From NCBI RefSeq assembly GCF_009914755.1, contig NC_060947.1: DNA of 64,000 bases, one strand, 5' to 3'. The notes beneath the pieces were generated by a model. That model saw only the letters and a list, made by a program, of their open reading frames with translations, did no database searches and was not told the DNA's origin. A program made the translations under genes and the position numbers. Source of the DNA: the human T2T-CHM13v2.0 reference genome, Homo sapiens. Positions 19,005 through 32,935 of this stretch are shown one piece after another; position 1 is the first letter of the stretch; each line of letters starts with the position of its first letter.

Positions 19005-19470
19005 AGAACAACCAACCATTGTAAAGTACAATTGTAAAGTGGCATTTAGTACATTCATGATGTTGTACAACTACCCCTTCTGTTTCCAAAACATTTTCAT
19101 CACCCACCAAGCAATCTCTGTACCCATTAAGCACTAGCGTGACATCTTCACACTCCCAGCCTCTGGCAACCACCAATTTGCTTTCTGTTTCTATGGATTT
19201 ACCTAAATATCTCCTGTAAATGTAGTCATACAGTATGTGATCTTTTGTGTCTGGCCTCTTTCACTCGGCATAATGTTTTTGAAGTTCATCTATGTTGTAA
19301 AATGTATTGCTAATTCATTCCTATCTGTGGTTCAATAACATTCCATTGTTTGTATGTAGCAGATTTTGTACATTCATCCGATGATAGACAGTTGGTTTTT
19401 GTCTGCCTTTTGGCTGTCGTGCATAGGGCTGCTGTCAACATTTGTGTAGAAGTATTTGTTTTAGTGCCTC
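19005..19470 (-). mobile_element. Old L1M 3' fragment
   Basis: GTGGCATTTAGTACATTCA...TTCCAAAACATTTTCATCACCC...CCTCTGGCAACCACCAATTTGCTTTCTG. Confidence 0.75.
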
Positions 19471-20438
19471 TTATATTTTGCTCTGTTACAGCTTTGAAGG
19501 GTACCATGTTTATATAATATTTGTTTTTCTAAGTATACATGTATGTTTCTCTGCCTTTTGCCTTAACGAAATGAAAAGAAGTTTGGTCTGGCAGTTCCAA
19601 AAGACATCAGTGAAGAGGCAGGTAACTGGTTAATCTTACTTGACAAAACCTATTACTAATGTGCTACTGATGCTGTTAAAGAAAGACTTGGCCAACTTCA
19701 AGAAAACACATCGAATTTCCTGAGTGACACCAAGTCCATCAGATCATCCTGGGCATAATTGGAAATGGTGCCTGCACTTTTAAGAAGCGAACCAGTGCAA
19801 CGACTGGTTGCAAAGAAGAGTTTCTCCTTAGCTTTGGGTGCCAACTAGAGACCTGAACTCAGAATATCATCAGATTTGGTCTACTTCCTTCCTTTGTTGT
19901 CTATCTGGTCCTTTCAAGTACTACATGGAGCTACCAGCCAAACTTGTGCTTGAGTGATGTGGCTCTTTCCTCCCAGGCAGGCAAATAAATTCAGCTTTGT
20001 TTCAGATGACTGTTTGGCAAACTTTGTTGATTTCCTTCTAATTATCCCCACCTACTTGGTACTTTGATACAGGGTACCTTTTGAAGACATTAGCTGGCTA
20101 CATTTTGTGAGTAAACTTTTTATTTATTTTAGTATCATGAGAACCTGGATGCTATCCCAGGACAAATTCAAAATTAGTTCTCTGCAGGTTGCATGTTCAG
20201 GGCTTAACAGCAGAACGTTGATGGTGAAGTGGTTGTGTGAAAGCAGTTGTCCCTAGAATGTTCTGACAGTTTGCAGAGAAGGTAGGCTTGCAGATGAGCA
20301 TCCAGGAAAATCCAGGTAGGCCCAGCACAACAGGACATGTCAGGTGGAATTGAGCCTTTGTCACAGGGTGGGAATTTGGGAACAGGATTATATTCCTTGA
20401 GAATAATTGCAAGTGAAGAGAGGACTCTAGCCCTAGAA

Positions 20439-20900
20439 CAGGGCTATCCAATAGAAGTATAATATGAGACCCATATATAATTTTAAATTTTCTAGTAGTC
20501 ACATTTTTTTAAAGTAGAAAGAAACGAGACATTCATTTTAATAATAATTTCTGTTTAACCAAATATATCCCAAATATCATTCCTATGTTATCAATATTTT
20601 AAAATTCTCAATGAGACATTTTACATGAGGCTTCCGACTGCAGAGACTCTCAATTCATATACCAAATTTTCATCAAATATTTGATCTGTATTTAGATTTT
20701 GTAAACCTTATAGTTGAAAATGTAGATTCACTTTCCAAACATACTTGGAAGTTTTCCCATAATTGAATCAAGTACAAGTTTTAAAATTTAAATTAATTAA
20801 AAGTACATGAAATTTAAAATTAGTTCCTCAGTCTTGCTTGTCACATTTCAAGTGCTTAATAGCCATGTATGGCTAGTGGCTATTGTGTGGGTCAGCGCAG
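20439..20900. mobile_element. MER33/Charlie1-family DNA transposon
   Basis: CAGGGCTATCCAATAGAA start; CACATTTCAAGTGCTTAATAGCCATGTATGGCTAGTGGCTA end. Confidence 0.7.
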
Positions 20901-21221
20901 TTCTAGAGGGACAGGAGCAAAGCAGATTATGGGGACAGAGCATCAGGCATGACCTGGGTTTGGGGCACACAGGTGGAGTGAGATTTATGATGCTGATTGC
21001 ATGTAGTGGGCTGGAGCTTCTTGAGATCCTCATGGCCTATGGTCATCTGGGCCAGGACCTGCAGGATCAAGTCGCCCCAGCCATGGAGCGAGGAGGGTGG
21101 AAAAGGTCAGTCTTTTGCCAGGCTCTGTACAGCCATATGCAAAAGACCTACCAGGAGGACACTCATTTTCCCAGCAGTCAACTCAACAACCCGTATCTAC
21201 CCTAAAGTGCTTGGAACCTAA

Positions 21222-21548
<327 letters not shown>

Positions 21549-24298
21549 GGCACCACTCTTTTATTCTTCCTTTTGCACCTCCTTCCTGTGCATCTTCTGG
21601 GTCTCTAGCTCCTCCTGCAGAAGTGAAACCTGATCAGCCATGAGTTGATAATTGTGGGAGCTGCTGGTTGATGGGTATATGGAGACTCATTATACTATTC
21701 TACTTCGGCATATGTTTGAAATTCATTTATATATGAATTCATAGATATTATATCCATTTGAATAGTCAAGTTCCTGATATTCCTACAGCCCCATTAACAC
21801 ACCTTCCCCCCATCCCAACCTTTATCTTGTACTCGAAGTCCAGGCCCCAGCCCTCGACTTGCCCTTCTGTCTTCCCTGCTTTACTCCCATAGCAGGCAGC
21901 AAAGGGTGTGCGAGTTAATTGTTAAATTCAGTTCAACAAGTTCCTCATTAGGGACAAATTACCTGAGTTTGAAATCTGCTAATTTTCCAATCAGAGTGAG
22001 TGTTTGCACTTATGATTTGGAAATAATTACCATATGGTAAAAGCAAAACCTATTTGGGGATTAAAGTAAAGGTGAGGGAGGACAGGAGCTTATTTTGGCA
22101 ACTTCCCTGGAAACCCACGTTAGCATTTGCAGATTAGTGGAGGTGCCTCTGCAGTTGGGGTGGGAAAGCTCACCTGTAGCACTGTTTTGCAAAGGCTGTT
22201 TACTTCATGTGCTAATACCCCTGAAAGGTGACTGTGGCCTTTGAAGGGAGAGCAGTGTGGCTTTTGTAGGCCAGAATTACATCTGGGAAAGAGAAAAGCC
22301 TTTTGAATGTAGCTATTTCATCTAAAAATATATCTATACTTTTATTTAAATCTGTCCTCAGTCTGAAGCTTCTGCATGAGTTGGAAATAAAAACATTTCT
22401 TTGAGGTAGAAGGGGTGAGTCTAATTGTCCTTTGGGTGATCTCACAATGAATGTAGCAGGGAAAGTTCAACTGAGAGAATTTAAAGAATTATAGGAGAGT
22501 AATTGCTGCAGAATACCACTGTGATCCAGAGTGTAGAGATCTAGGTCATTCACCTTCAATAATTTGTCCCAGTCCCAATTACTACATCACTAGTTCTAAA
22601 GCTTTAGAAACCCCTTGGTAAAGATTAGTCAAGGTTTCAGGTAATTTACAAGCCAATGCAGAAAAACTTCTGAGATGTTGCTTTTGAAATTTGGAGCCAG
22701 GAAAAGCTTTGTCTCTCCTGAGAAGGCATCCTTCCTCCTTTCTGATAACTGTAGTTGTGCAAGTTCTGAGGTTTCTCTTTGTGCCTCAGCTGCCGGGAAA
22801 CTCAAAACCAAATTTGTAGCTCAAATCGCTGCGTTTACATTTATGGTTGGCACTTCAGCATTCCTCACTTCTTATTTTTTATTTCTACTTTACTAGTTCT
22901 TTTTATTTGTCTTTTGTCTTGGGAAACTGGAAACAGCCCCCTCCATGTGTCAACACATCCATCAATAAATAGTAGCTTCTATTCATTTATATATGCTGCC
23001 TCTAATCCTTTTAATAACCTAGTCATAATGTCCATTAGGTATGATTATCCTTACCTGCAAGTGAAGAAACAGGCTCAGATAGTCCTTGCCTGAGGCAATA
23101 AAGCTATTAAGTGGCACAATTTTTCAGCTCCCTTTCTGTCTGCTTCTGAAGTCTATGCCTTGTGCCTGGGTACATGTAACTGATGCATTGATGAGTCTCA
23201 ACTCAGTGGTGGACTATACAGGTGAAACCATTTTATTTTTCCCAACCACTGCTTTCAACCATGCAGCACCAAGTCCCTTTTCCCATCCTTTAATGACACC
23301 TTGGGTGGACCTCATGACTTGCTGGGCTCTCTTGTTTGGTAAAGCTGACAGTCCCAATTACAATTTCAATATCGTATTCTCTGGTCTGGTGGGTGGGGGA
23401 GGACGAGAGAAGGGAGAGAGAAATCTTCCTGCGAAAATGGTCCTTTTGCAGGTGTGATGCTCTGATTTGCTGAGTGAGGTGAAGGGTCTCTGAGCACGGG
23501 GCTGGTTCTTTTTTCTGCGGCGACGGTGTTGAACTTCACTTGGATTCTGACTCCTCTGGGGCCTCTTGAAGAGCGGCTCTCTTAGTAAGCCCTGCTGTGC
23601 TCCTTCCTGTGGAGCCTTTCCAAATTCAGAAGCTGTGGGCTCACGGGATCAAGGTGGAAGTGATGCTCCCATTTGCTTTCCGGGCACACCGCCCCTCAGT
23701 ACCTTTTGAACCGCTCACGTTCAGATGTCTCTAGACCACAAGGGGGCACCAGACTCCAGGTTCACATACAACACATCCCTCAAAGAATATGCGTCAAGCT
23801 CGCCCACAGTTTCCAAGGCTCCAGGGTGGTCCAGTGTGGGCCTGCGGGTCTGTGCAGCTCCACACGAGCCCAGGCAGTAAAACTGGATGCCAACTTTGCC
23901 TTCATGCAGACCTCCGACTCTCCAGGAGCGACCCTCTTAGAGGTCTCCCTTCTACATACAACTCTTGGCTTGGGAGAGCAGGGGAGTCCCAGCACTCCTT
24001 TCCTCACCCCTTCCTACTCTGTCCCAAGAAAAGAAAAGCTCCCCCCTCCACCCCAGGAACACTCAACTTCTCTCCCTCCCCTTCCCATCCTCCCGTAGCT
24101 ACAGAGGCTGGAAAAGAGTGGTTGAAGGGAACGGTCAGAGTCCAAATAGGGCCAGTTCTGCCATCTCTTAGTACTCTCTGAGAACGTGTCTGCTGGCTGG
24201 TTGCAGCCCCTCGTTAGGATGTGGGAGCACCTGATGCTTTTTGTTTCCACCTTTGGCAACTCTGGGACAACAGGAAAAGTCCTATCATGCGTGAGCGC

Positions 24299-24425
24299 CA
24301 CACACACACGCGCGCGCGCGCGCGCACACACACACACGCACGCACATACACAAGCACACACACGCACGTGCACACAAGCACGCACACACGCACGCGCGAA
24401 CACACGCACGAGCACACACACACAC
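24299..24425. repeat. Compound (CA)n(CG)8(CA/CACG)n purine-pyrimidine tract
   Basis: Strict alternation 24299-24352 including (CG)8 at 24309-24324. Confidence 0.95.
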
Positions 24426-25258
24426 AGTGCTTCCCAGCCTTCTCCCATCCTTGCCTATTTAAGATCTCTGGCTTTGCCCTCCCAATTTCCAATGGGAAAG
24501 AGCAGAAGGAAAAGCGATGAGGCCTATGGCTGGTGAGACAGGTTTTGGAAGGACTGTTTTGGGTGAGTCTGATAAACTCTAACGAGTTTATTGTAAGACT
24601 TGAGAAAGTCAGTGTGAAGCGGGAGGCAGCTTGAGAAACTTTAGCTCTCTACGCCTGTCTTCGCTATGGAGCGCATTCTTTGATATGGAAAAGTGATGCT
24701 TCTAAGAACTGTGTAAAGTGTTATGCAAATAGAGCTTCAAAACAAATCCCCTAATGCCCTGCCTTCTTCTAAGCAGGATTACTCTTGGGCTCTAAGCGGC
24801 TCCTCTACAGAAATGTTAAACTTCCACTGGAAGTAAGAAGGGGAAGGGGAACGGGGTGATTTTTAACAAGTGATATTTGGAGCTATGCATCTTTTTCATA
24901 CTCCCTGAGAAGCCAGTTATTTTGAAATGATTGTTTGGCAGTGTTTGGAGAGTGGGAGGTTTGAAGTTGAGATTATGGAGGCTCTTATGGTTATTGATAA
25001 TGATGAGTTCTACTGTAAAACCATGGTAGTGTGGTTGCCTGTGGTTGATGTCTTAACAGGATCTTTGCAGGAGAGGAGGTCAAGGAGTTGAAGGCCCAGG
25101 CTACTGGAAGGATTATCTATGTGGATACCAAAATCATCAAGAATTCATACTGCTGGCATAGTGTTGAAGAGGATGATAATGAGTCAGGCCCTAGAATCTT
25201 CAAGGTATGGTGGGGAAGAAGAGGGGTTTGGTTTTAGAGGTCAATTACATCAAGATGA

Positions 25259-25610
<352 letters not shown>

Positions 25611-26072
25611 TTCAATGTCATTTTTTAAGTATTGAGAGCATGCTTACATGCAAGGCCTTTTGCTAGGTACTGGTGGGGAAGAGTAGGGCACATTCTCTGT
25701 CTTCAGTGGGATTAAAGTCTACTCAGAGAGAGAAGGGAAATAAATGATTTTACATCAAGGAGACGATGACAAATATCATTAAAAATAAATCTTACTGGAT
25801 GGAATTGGGGAAGGCCTCACAAAGGAGGTGACCCTCAGGTGACCTTGGCTTGGATTTTGTTAGGTTTAGATGGGGGCGGGAAGAAGGTGTTCTAAGTAGA
25901 GGAATCACACGAGCAAAGGAACAGTGGAGGATGATCAGCGCAGAAGAGGCGCTATCTATAGCATGGTGTACGTGCAGAGCGGAAGTGAAGGAAAGGGCTA
26001 AGACAGGCTGGCTCCGTAGCATGGATCTTCTTGGTAATTTAAATGAGACAGATTCTACTGTTTGAATTAGGA

Positions 26073-26400
26073 AGCCAGGTGGGGCATGGTGGCTCACACC
26101 TGTAATCCCATCACTTTGGGAGGCTGAGGTAGGCGGATTGCTTGAGCTCAGGAGTTTGAGACCAGCCTGGGCAACATGATGAAACTCCGTCTCTCTCAAA
26201 AAAAAAAAAAAAAAAAAAAAAATTAGCTAGGCGTGGTGGTGCGTGCCTGTAGTCCGAGCTACTCGGGAGGCTGAGGTGGGAGAATTGCTTGCCCAAGGAG
26301 GCTGCAGTGAGCCATGATTGCACCACTGCACTCAAGCCTGGGTGACAGAGTGAGACCCTGAGACCCTGTTGCAAAAAAAAAGAAAAAAGAAAAAGAATAA
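26073..26400 (+). mobile_element. AluJ with an expanded A linker
   Basis: Alu consensus; ~25-nt pure A run at 26198-26222; AGGAAGCCA at both flanks. Confidence 0.9.
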
Positions 26401-26974
26401 GAATAAGGAAGCCAACAGAATCACAGGATTGAAAATGCCTAAAGGGAGAAAAAGAAATTCTAAAGCTCTTCTTCCACTTAACAAAGGCTTCTAACCGAAA
26501 TATTTGTTACCTTGTGGAAAACAGAATTGACAATTTCCGTATTATTATTACCAGGGCAACACATTATTTAATAAGATGACCAACCAGAGTTGCAGACTTT
26601 TAGGTGTTATAGGTGCCATTTCACAGGACATAGCAACACACTCTGATATCCAGGTAACTTAAGAGATACATTTCTTTAGAAATAACACTTCCAAGGACAG
26701 TTTTATAGTAACAAAACAGACTAGGATTATGGTCTTTCATCCAAGCCTCCACGCTGGCAAGGAGAGTGGGATAGATACTTGCATGAATGTTCCCCATTAG
26801 AATTTTATGACATGGGACTGGCTCTGTGTCACATAATAGTGTCTGCTTCTCTGAAGCTGCAGGGAAGAGGGAACATTTTCTTTTTATTTTTCTGAGATTT
26901 TTTCACCAGAAGTTGGGGCTGGTCGTTAGCAGGTTAAGTATTAAAATTACAAGAAACTTAAAAATTACAATATG

Positions 26975-27282
26975 GGCCAAGTGCGGTGGCTCATGCCTGT
27001 AATCCCAGCACTTTGGGAGGCCAAGTCAGGTAGATCACTTGAGGTCAGGAGTTCAAGAGCAGTCTGGCCAACATGGTAAAACCCTGTCTCTAGCAAAAAA
27101 TAAAAAAATTAGCTGAGTGAGATGGTGCGTGCCTGTAGTCCCAGCTACTTGGGGAGGCTGAGGTGGGAGAATCGCTTGAACCTGGGGGCAGAGATTGCAG
27201 TGAGCCCAGATCACGCCACTGCACTCCAGCCTGGGTGATAGAGTAAGACCTTGTCTCCAAAAAAAAAAAAAAAGAGAAAAAA
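26975..27282 (+). mobile_element. Alu
   Basis: Alu consensus; AATTACAATATGG TSD. Confidence 0.93.
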
Positions 27283-27347
27283 TAATTACAATATGGAAAA
27301 GAAAAAGGCTATAGAGAAGTTTAACAAAGTAAATATGAGGCAGATAA

Positions 27348-27430
27348 TATTAGGTCGAACCATATGAGATTGTTGATATTTGATACTTTTGCTCCATTAA
27401 AAAGGCAATTTCATACAATTCGATGTAAAA
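27348..27430. mobile_element. MADE2-like mariner MITE
   Basis: TATTAGGTCGAACCATATGAGATTG ... GGCAATTTCATACAATTCGA imperfect inverted termini, ~80 bp. Confidence 0.6.
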
Positions 27431-27893
27431 TCTACAGTTTCAGTCTTGAATGCCAAATGAGAAATATGAAGTTAATTTGGGAAATATTGGGGAGCCACCA
27501 TTGGGGGAGAAACGCTATGATTGGAGCTGTGGTTTAGCATAGTTTATGAGGCAGGAATGCGAAGGAGGAATTGGAGGGGGAGAGCCTGGGGGTCAAACCA
27601 TACTTTTATACCCACTGTACTTGAAAGAATACCCCTAGATTCGTTGATAGTATAAATGCACTGAGGAGCTACAATACTGTTCACCTTTTAAATTAAAGAT
27701 TAAGAGTTCACAACTTCTTCATCTAAGAGGTAGAAATAATAATGGCTACTTCACAGGGCTTAGGTAAGGATCAAATGATATTATACATGAACAAGACATT
27801 TAGAAACACTGTATCTCATCTCCTGCTACTTGAAATGTCTGCAGCTCAGCAGCAGCGTTATCACCTGGGAGCTGGTTAGAAATGTGATTCTCA

Positions 27894-28301
27894 TTCGCCT
27901 TAAATGCTCCCTGTACCATGGAGACGGACCCAGCATAGGAAAGCCACACACTCAGCCTGGATGCGTGGAGTGCGTGGAGAGGCTGAGGGACTCACCGGAG
28001 GGCACCCAGCCAGCCCACAGACAGGGAAGTGGGGAGGGGGCGGAAACCCATGCCTTCCAGCTGAGCACTGGGAGTGTTAGCCCAGTAAGTATTGGCCAGT
28101 GAGGCGCCTCGTGGTCAGAGCAGAGCCACCAGGTCCCACTGCCCCCAAGCCCCTGCACAGCCCTCCCTCCTGCCTGGGTGAGGGAAGCTGGAGGTCATCG
28201 GAGATGCTGACTGCTGCCACCCCAGGTGCTCCCGCTCTGTCATAGCACTGATCAGTGACAACTTACAGGAATGTAGCAGCGATGGAATTACCTGGAACAG
28301 A

Positions 28302-28346
<45 letters not shown>

Positions 28347-28689
28347 TGGGGAGTGGGGGGGGTGCAACTAGACAAACACAAAGTTTTCTGTGTCAGGTAT
28401 TGGGCTGGACAGGGCAGTTGTGTGTTGGGGTGGTTTTTTTCTCTATTTTTTTGTTCGTTTCTTGTTTTTTAATAATGTTTACAATCTGTCTCAATCACTC
28501 TTTTATAAAGATTCCACCTCCAGTCCTCTCTCCTCCCCCCTACTCACGCCCTCGAGGCTATTAGGAGATGCTTGAAGAACTCAATAAAATCCTAATCCAA
28601 GTCAAACTTTGCACATATTTATATTTCTATTCAGAAAAGAAACATTTCAGTAATTTATAATAAAGAGCACTATTTTTTAATGAAAAAAA
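27894..28689 (+). pseudogene. SOCS3 3'UTR-only processed retrocopy
   Basis: Matches the recalled SOCS3 3'UTR (GGAATGTAGCAGCGATGGAATTACCTGGAACAG; TCAGAAAAGAAACATTTCAGTAATTTATAATAAAGAGCACTATTTTTTAATG); AATAAA 28659-28664, A7 tail, TSD AAATGTGA(T/A)TCTCA. Confidence 0.82.
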
Positions 28690-28738
28690 TGTGAATCTCA
28701 GGCTCTACTGCAAACCTGCTGAATCAGGATCTGCATTT

Positions 28739-28932
<194 letters not shown>

Positions 28933-29857
28933 TGATTTGTATACACAGTCAAGTTTGAAAAGGACGGCCCAATCCCAAAACAATTACATTCAGACTAAAA
29001 TATCTTTTCCATCCATTGAATGTGTCATTTTTCAACATTTAGTGCATGGTCATTGTCTTCCCTAATCAAATCAGAAAATGCAAAGTTCACATGAGGTGGC
29101 ATACCATCGTTGAAACAGTGGCCTTTCAGATCCTGACTCTTGATGCTTGCTGTCTACTTACCTTGGGCAAACTGCTTCATCTGTATAAGCCTCCTCTGTG
29201 TCCTCATCTGCAAAATGGGTTTGAGAGTTCCAACCTCCCCAAGTTGCTGTGATGACCGATAGACATAATGCATGTTAAGGATCATACATAGAGCATAGCA
29301 TGATGTGGTGAATAGTCACCAAATTGTACTTACTTGTTTTTAAATAAGGAAACTCACATTCATATGGTTTAAAAAAAAGATCAAGAGTTCAGTGATAGGG
29401 CCACGATGAGTGGATTATAAAAATGGGCTTTCATACCCCAGTAGATTTGAATCTTGCCAGACTGTTCTACCAACCTAACTTAAACACATACACACACACA
29501 CACACACCCCTACATCAAGGAGGAAAGGAGGCATTTTCAAATCCACGACTCTCCCCACTTGCCATCCCACCCACACAGATCCCACACAGCTAATTCAGAC
29601 ACCCTTCCTCCAATGAATCCTCTTGAGAAACACAGATATATATCTACAGAGTAATATTGTGAATGGTGTTTACTGTTTTTAATACCTTTTTGAGGATAAG
29701 GCAGACTGACAAAAGAATCCAATCCCATGGGCTTGTAAACTACTCAAAGAGCTTTTTTAATAGGGCTGTGGTAGCTGTTTGGTATCTCAGAATAAATCTA
29801 AGTCATAGAATAGGCTCAATAGCAGGAAATGCTCTTATCTCATTGTTCCTCAGACCC

Positions 29858-30022
29858 AACCATGCATTGGAATCGCAAGGGGGCTTGTTAAAACCCAGAT
29901 TGCTGAACCCCACTGTCTGAGTGTCTGATACAGCAGGTCTGGGGTGGGGCCTGAGAATTTGTATCTCTAACAAGTTCCCAGGGATGCTGATGCTGATGGT
30001 CCTGGGACCATACACTCGTTGA
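29858..30022. mobile_element. MER5A
   Basis: GGGCTTGTTAAAACCCAGATTGCTG...GGTCTGGGGTGGGGCCTGAGAATTTG...AACAAGTTCCCAGG. Confidence 0.8.
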
Positions 30023-31089
30023 AAGATGCTCTACTCCATGGAGAAGAGTCTGAATGTGCCAGTGAGAAGGATGATCTACTCTTCTACTCTGAAGAAAGAG
30101 AAGCATGAAAGGTTTTTTTTTTTTTTTTTTTTTTTGGATAGAATACTCAGGTAACTGTAACTGAAGTCAACCAAGTAGGTCTGGGTGGGTGGGCCCTGAG
30201 AATTAGCATTTCCAAGTTTCCAGGTGTTGCTGCTGCTGCTGCTGGATCAGGGACCATCCACATTTTGAGAACCTGTCTGGATGCAAATCACATGGTGGCC
30301 CTCCAGGGTGAATGCTGTAATTCCAAATTTAAACCTGAGTTATTGAAATGTAAACCCATTTAAATGGCTTAAACCCATTTAAACCATTCAAATACTAGAA
30401 TGCTGGCTGTCTTCCAGACTCAATACCTTTTCATAGGGAAATGGGTAGAAAAGAGAGAAAGACCCCATGAGAGGGGAGAGAAGAGAGAGGAGAGCAATTG
30501 CATGCGCTAATAATCTCTTGCTGGAGACCCATTGGTTCCCAAGTCATCAGATCTCCAAAGCTAAAATTATATCCATGTGAGTATTTTAGGCCATAGAGAA
30601 AATAGGAAAACATCAAAGGTGATGGTTTAGACACAATGCTATTACGATTCATTTTTTAAACCTGCTGGCTATGTTTGTTACATCAAAACCTTCTTTTGAA
30701 AGAGGAAAACTACAACCATTACTCTTTGACCTAAAAATTCTTGGAAACTGGAAGACCTGAATTTTCTAAGAATCAACTCTTGGAATGATGTTTAGTTAAT
30801 AAAAACACCAAGTTCCTTTGCTATTCCTGGGGAAGGAGTGCCAGTTTCAAAATCCTTTCCTCTAGTTAAAAATAATGCTATCAAATAAGTAACTACAAAA
30901 TAATACCTTCTTTATTATATCAAAGATGAGCTTAGAGGCCTTAAGAACTGATTTCTTGTCAATATCTCTTAAAAGAGGAGATAGTTATGGCAAAAAGTGA
31001 GGGCTAGAGTGTGTAGAGGGATAAAGACATCTCTATTTAATCACGTCTTGAAATTATAGCGTTGTCAGCAAAATAATAATATTATTATT

Positions 31090-31379
<290 letters not shown>

Positions 31380-31972
31380 AGAAAATATTGTCTGAGAACT
31401 AGCAATATTCTGGTTGCCATACTTTTTTTTGTTTGTCTTTGAAGCAAAGCAAAAGCATAAGCATAGTCATAAGGCAAGAATCTTGGTCTTATTTTTTTCA
31501 ATCTCATGATTACTTTCATAAGGTAATAAGCCATTGAGGTGACTAAGAGATTAAGCAATTAAGAAGGGAAGGTTTGCTTTACAATCCTTTCTTTGCATGA
31601 CCCATAGATACCATTCCTCTCTGCTCCTCCGTAATACCTAGGACCATGCTCCAAGCCCAGAATTATCCCTGACTGAATTAGGCTCTTTGGACTGCCTTCT
31701 GTTTCCCTTTGAAACCTGTATGTGGAGAATGGATTCAGTTGCAGAGAAATAAGCATGAGTATACGAATGATAGTACAATTTTGTATTTCTAGTCATCTGT
31801 TACATTGATTTTCTCAGCCACTATTCCTTCAAAAATTTTCTTCCAAAAAGAACACTGTGCCCTTTCTGACCAAGGTAAGATCAAATCTGCTTCCTCTGGT
31901 CATGAGCGAAAATCTCTCGATCAAACTTTCCACGGGAGGAGTTAATGTCAATGTCACTGATAATCTTTAACC

Positions 31973-32242
31973 GAGGTTGCCAGATTTACCAAATAAAAAT
32001 GCAGGTTGCCCAATTACGTTTGAATTTCAGGTAAACAAAGAATAATTATGTTTTAGTATAACTACATCCCACATGTGGAGATTCAAATTAAGATGAAATA
32101 AAATTTAAAATGCAGTTCCTTTATTGCACTAGTCGTATTGTTAAATGCTACATGTGGCTAGTGGCTAGCACAATGGACAGTGTAGCCTAATGCGGGCTGT
32201 AGAACATTTTCATCATCACAGAAAGTTCTGTTGGACACTGCT
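31973..32242. mobile_element. MER53-like fragment followed by MER3-like fragment
   Basis: GGTTGCCAGATTTA...TTTGAATTTCAG; TACATGTGGCTAGTGGCTA...GAACATTTTCATCATCACAGAAAGTTCTGTTGGACA. Confidence 0.6.
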
Positions 32243-32751
32243 GTTTACAGCAAACCTGGGAGATGTTCCTGGAGACTGGATCCCAGGCAGATAGTTCAAG
32301 CTAGTAGGCTCTTGATGCACCATCTATTCCTCCTTCACATATAAAAATGCAAGTGATCCCCAAAGGCAGCAGGGAAAAGATCCTACCGGCCATTGCCTTT
32401 TGGGATAGCCCAATCCTGTACCTATTATAGGGCTGAATTGGCCAGTGCCGTGCAGAACCGATCGTTAAATTCATAGCTATTAGCATTTCTCCTGCGAGAA
32501 GCAAACCCTTTCTGTTTGTATAGGGCTTTGCAGATAATGAAGCATTTCCAATTCCACTTGAGATTTTTTTTTTTTTTTTGGCCAGTGCTATTATTTATTT
32601 ATATAACCTCATGCATTTATCAGAAGAGGCTTTTGAATGTTCTTACCACATAGGATTTTATCCTCACAATCATCCTGGGTGGTAAGCAGGCCCATGAGAA
32701 AAATAACAAGAACATGAAACCAGTTCCAAAAGAATTGCCTCATGCCATAAG

Positions 32752-32935
32752 GCAGGTTCTCACACTTGAGCTTCCAATCAGAATGCCCCCGAGGGCTTGT
32801 TAAAACACAAATTGTTGGGACTCAGCCCCAAAGTTCCTGATGCAGTAGGTCTGGGCTGGGGCTCAATAATTTGTATTTATCACAAATACCCAGGTCAAAA
32901 ACGTCGGTCTGGGGACCATACTTTGAAAACCACTG
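32752..32935. mobile_element. MER5A
   Basis: GGTTCTCACACTTGAG...GGGCTTGTTAAAACACA...GGGGACCATACTTTGAAAACCACTG. Confidence 0.8.

Noticed and set aside
24014-24536. Cluster of ORFs with HT/CV/AR repeats
   Set aside because: Stop-free microsatellite translation
30227-30244. Short (GCT)n run
   Set aside because: Minor expansion within a MER5 fragment, non-coding
30345-30388. TAAACCCATTTAAA repeats around palindrome CCATTTAAATGG
   Set aside because: Too short and AT-rich to distinguish from ordinary slippage
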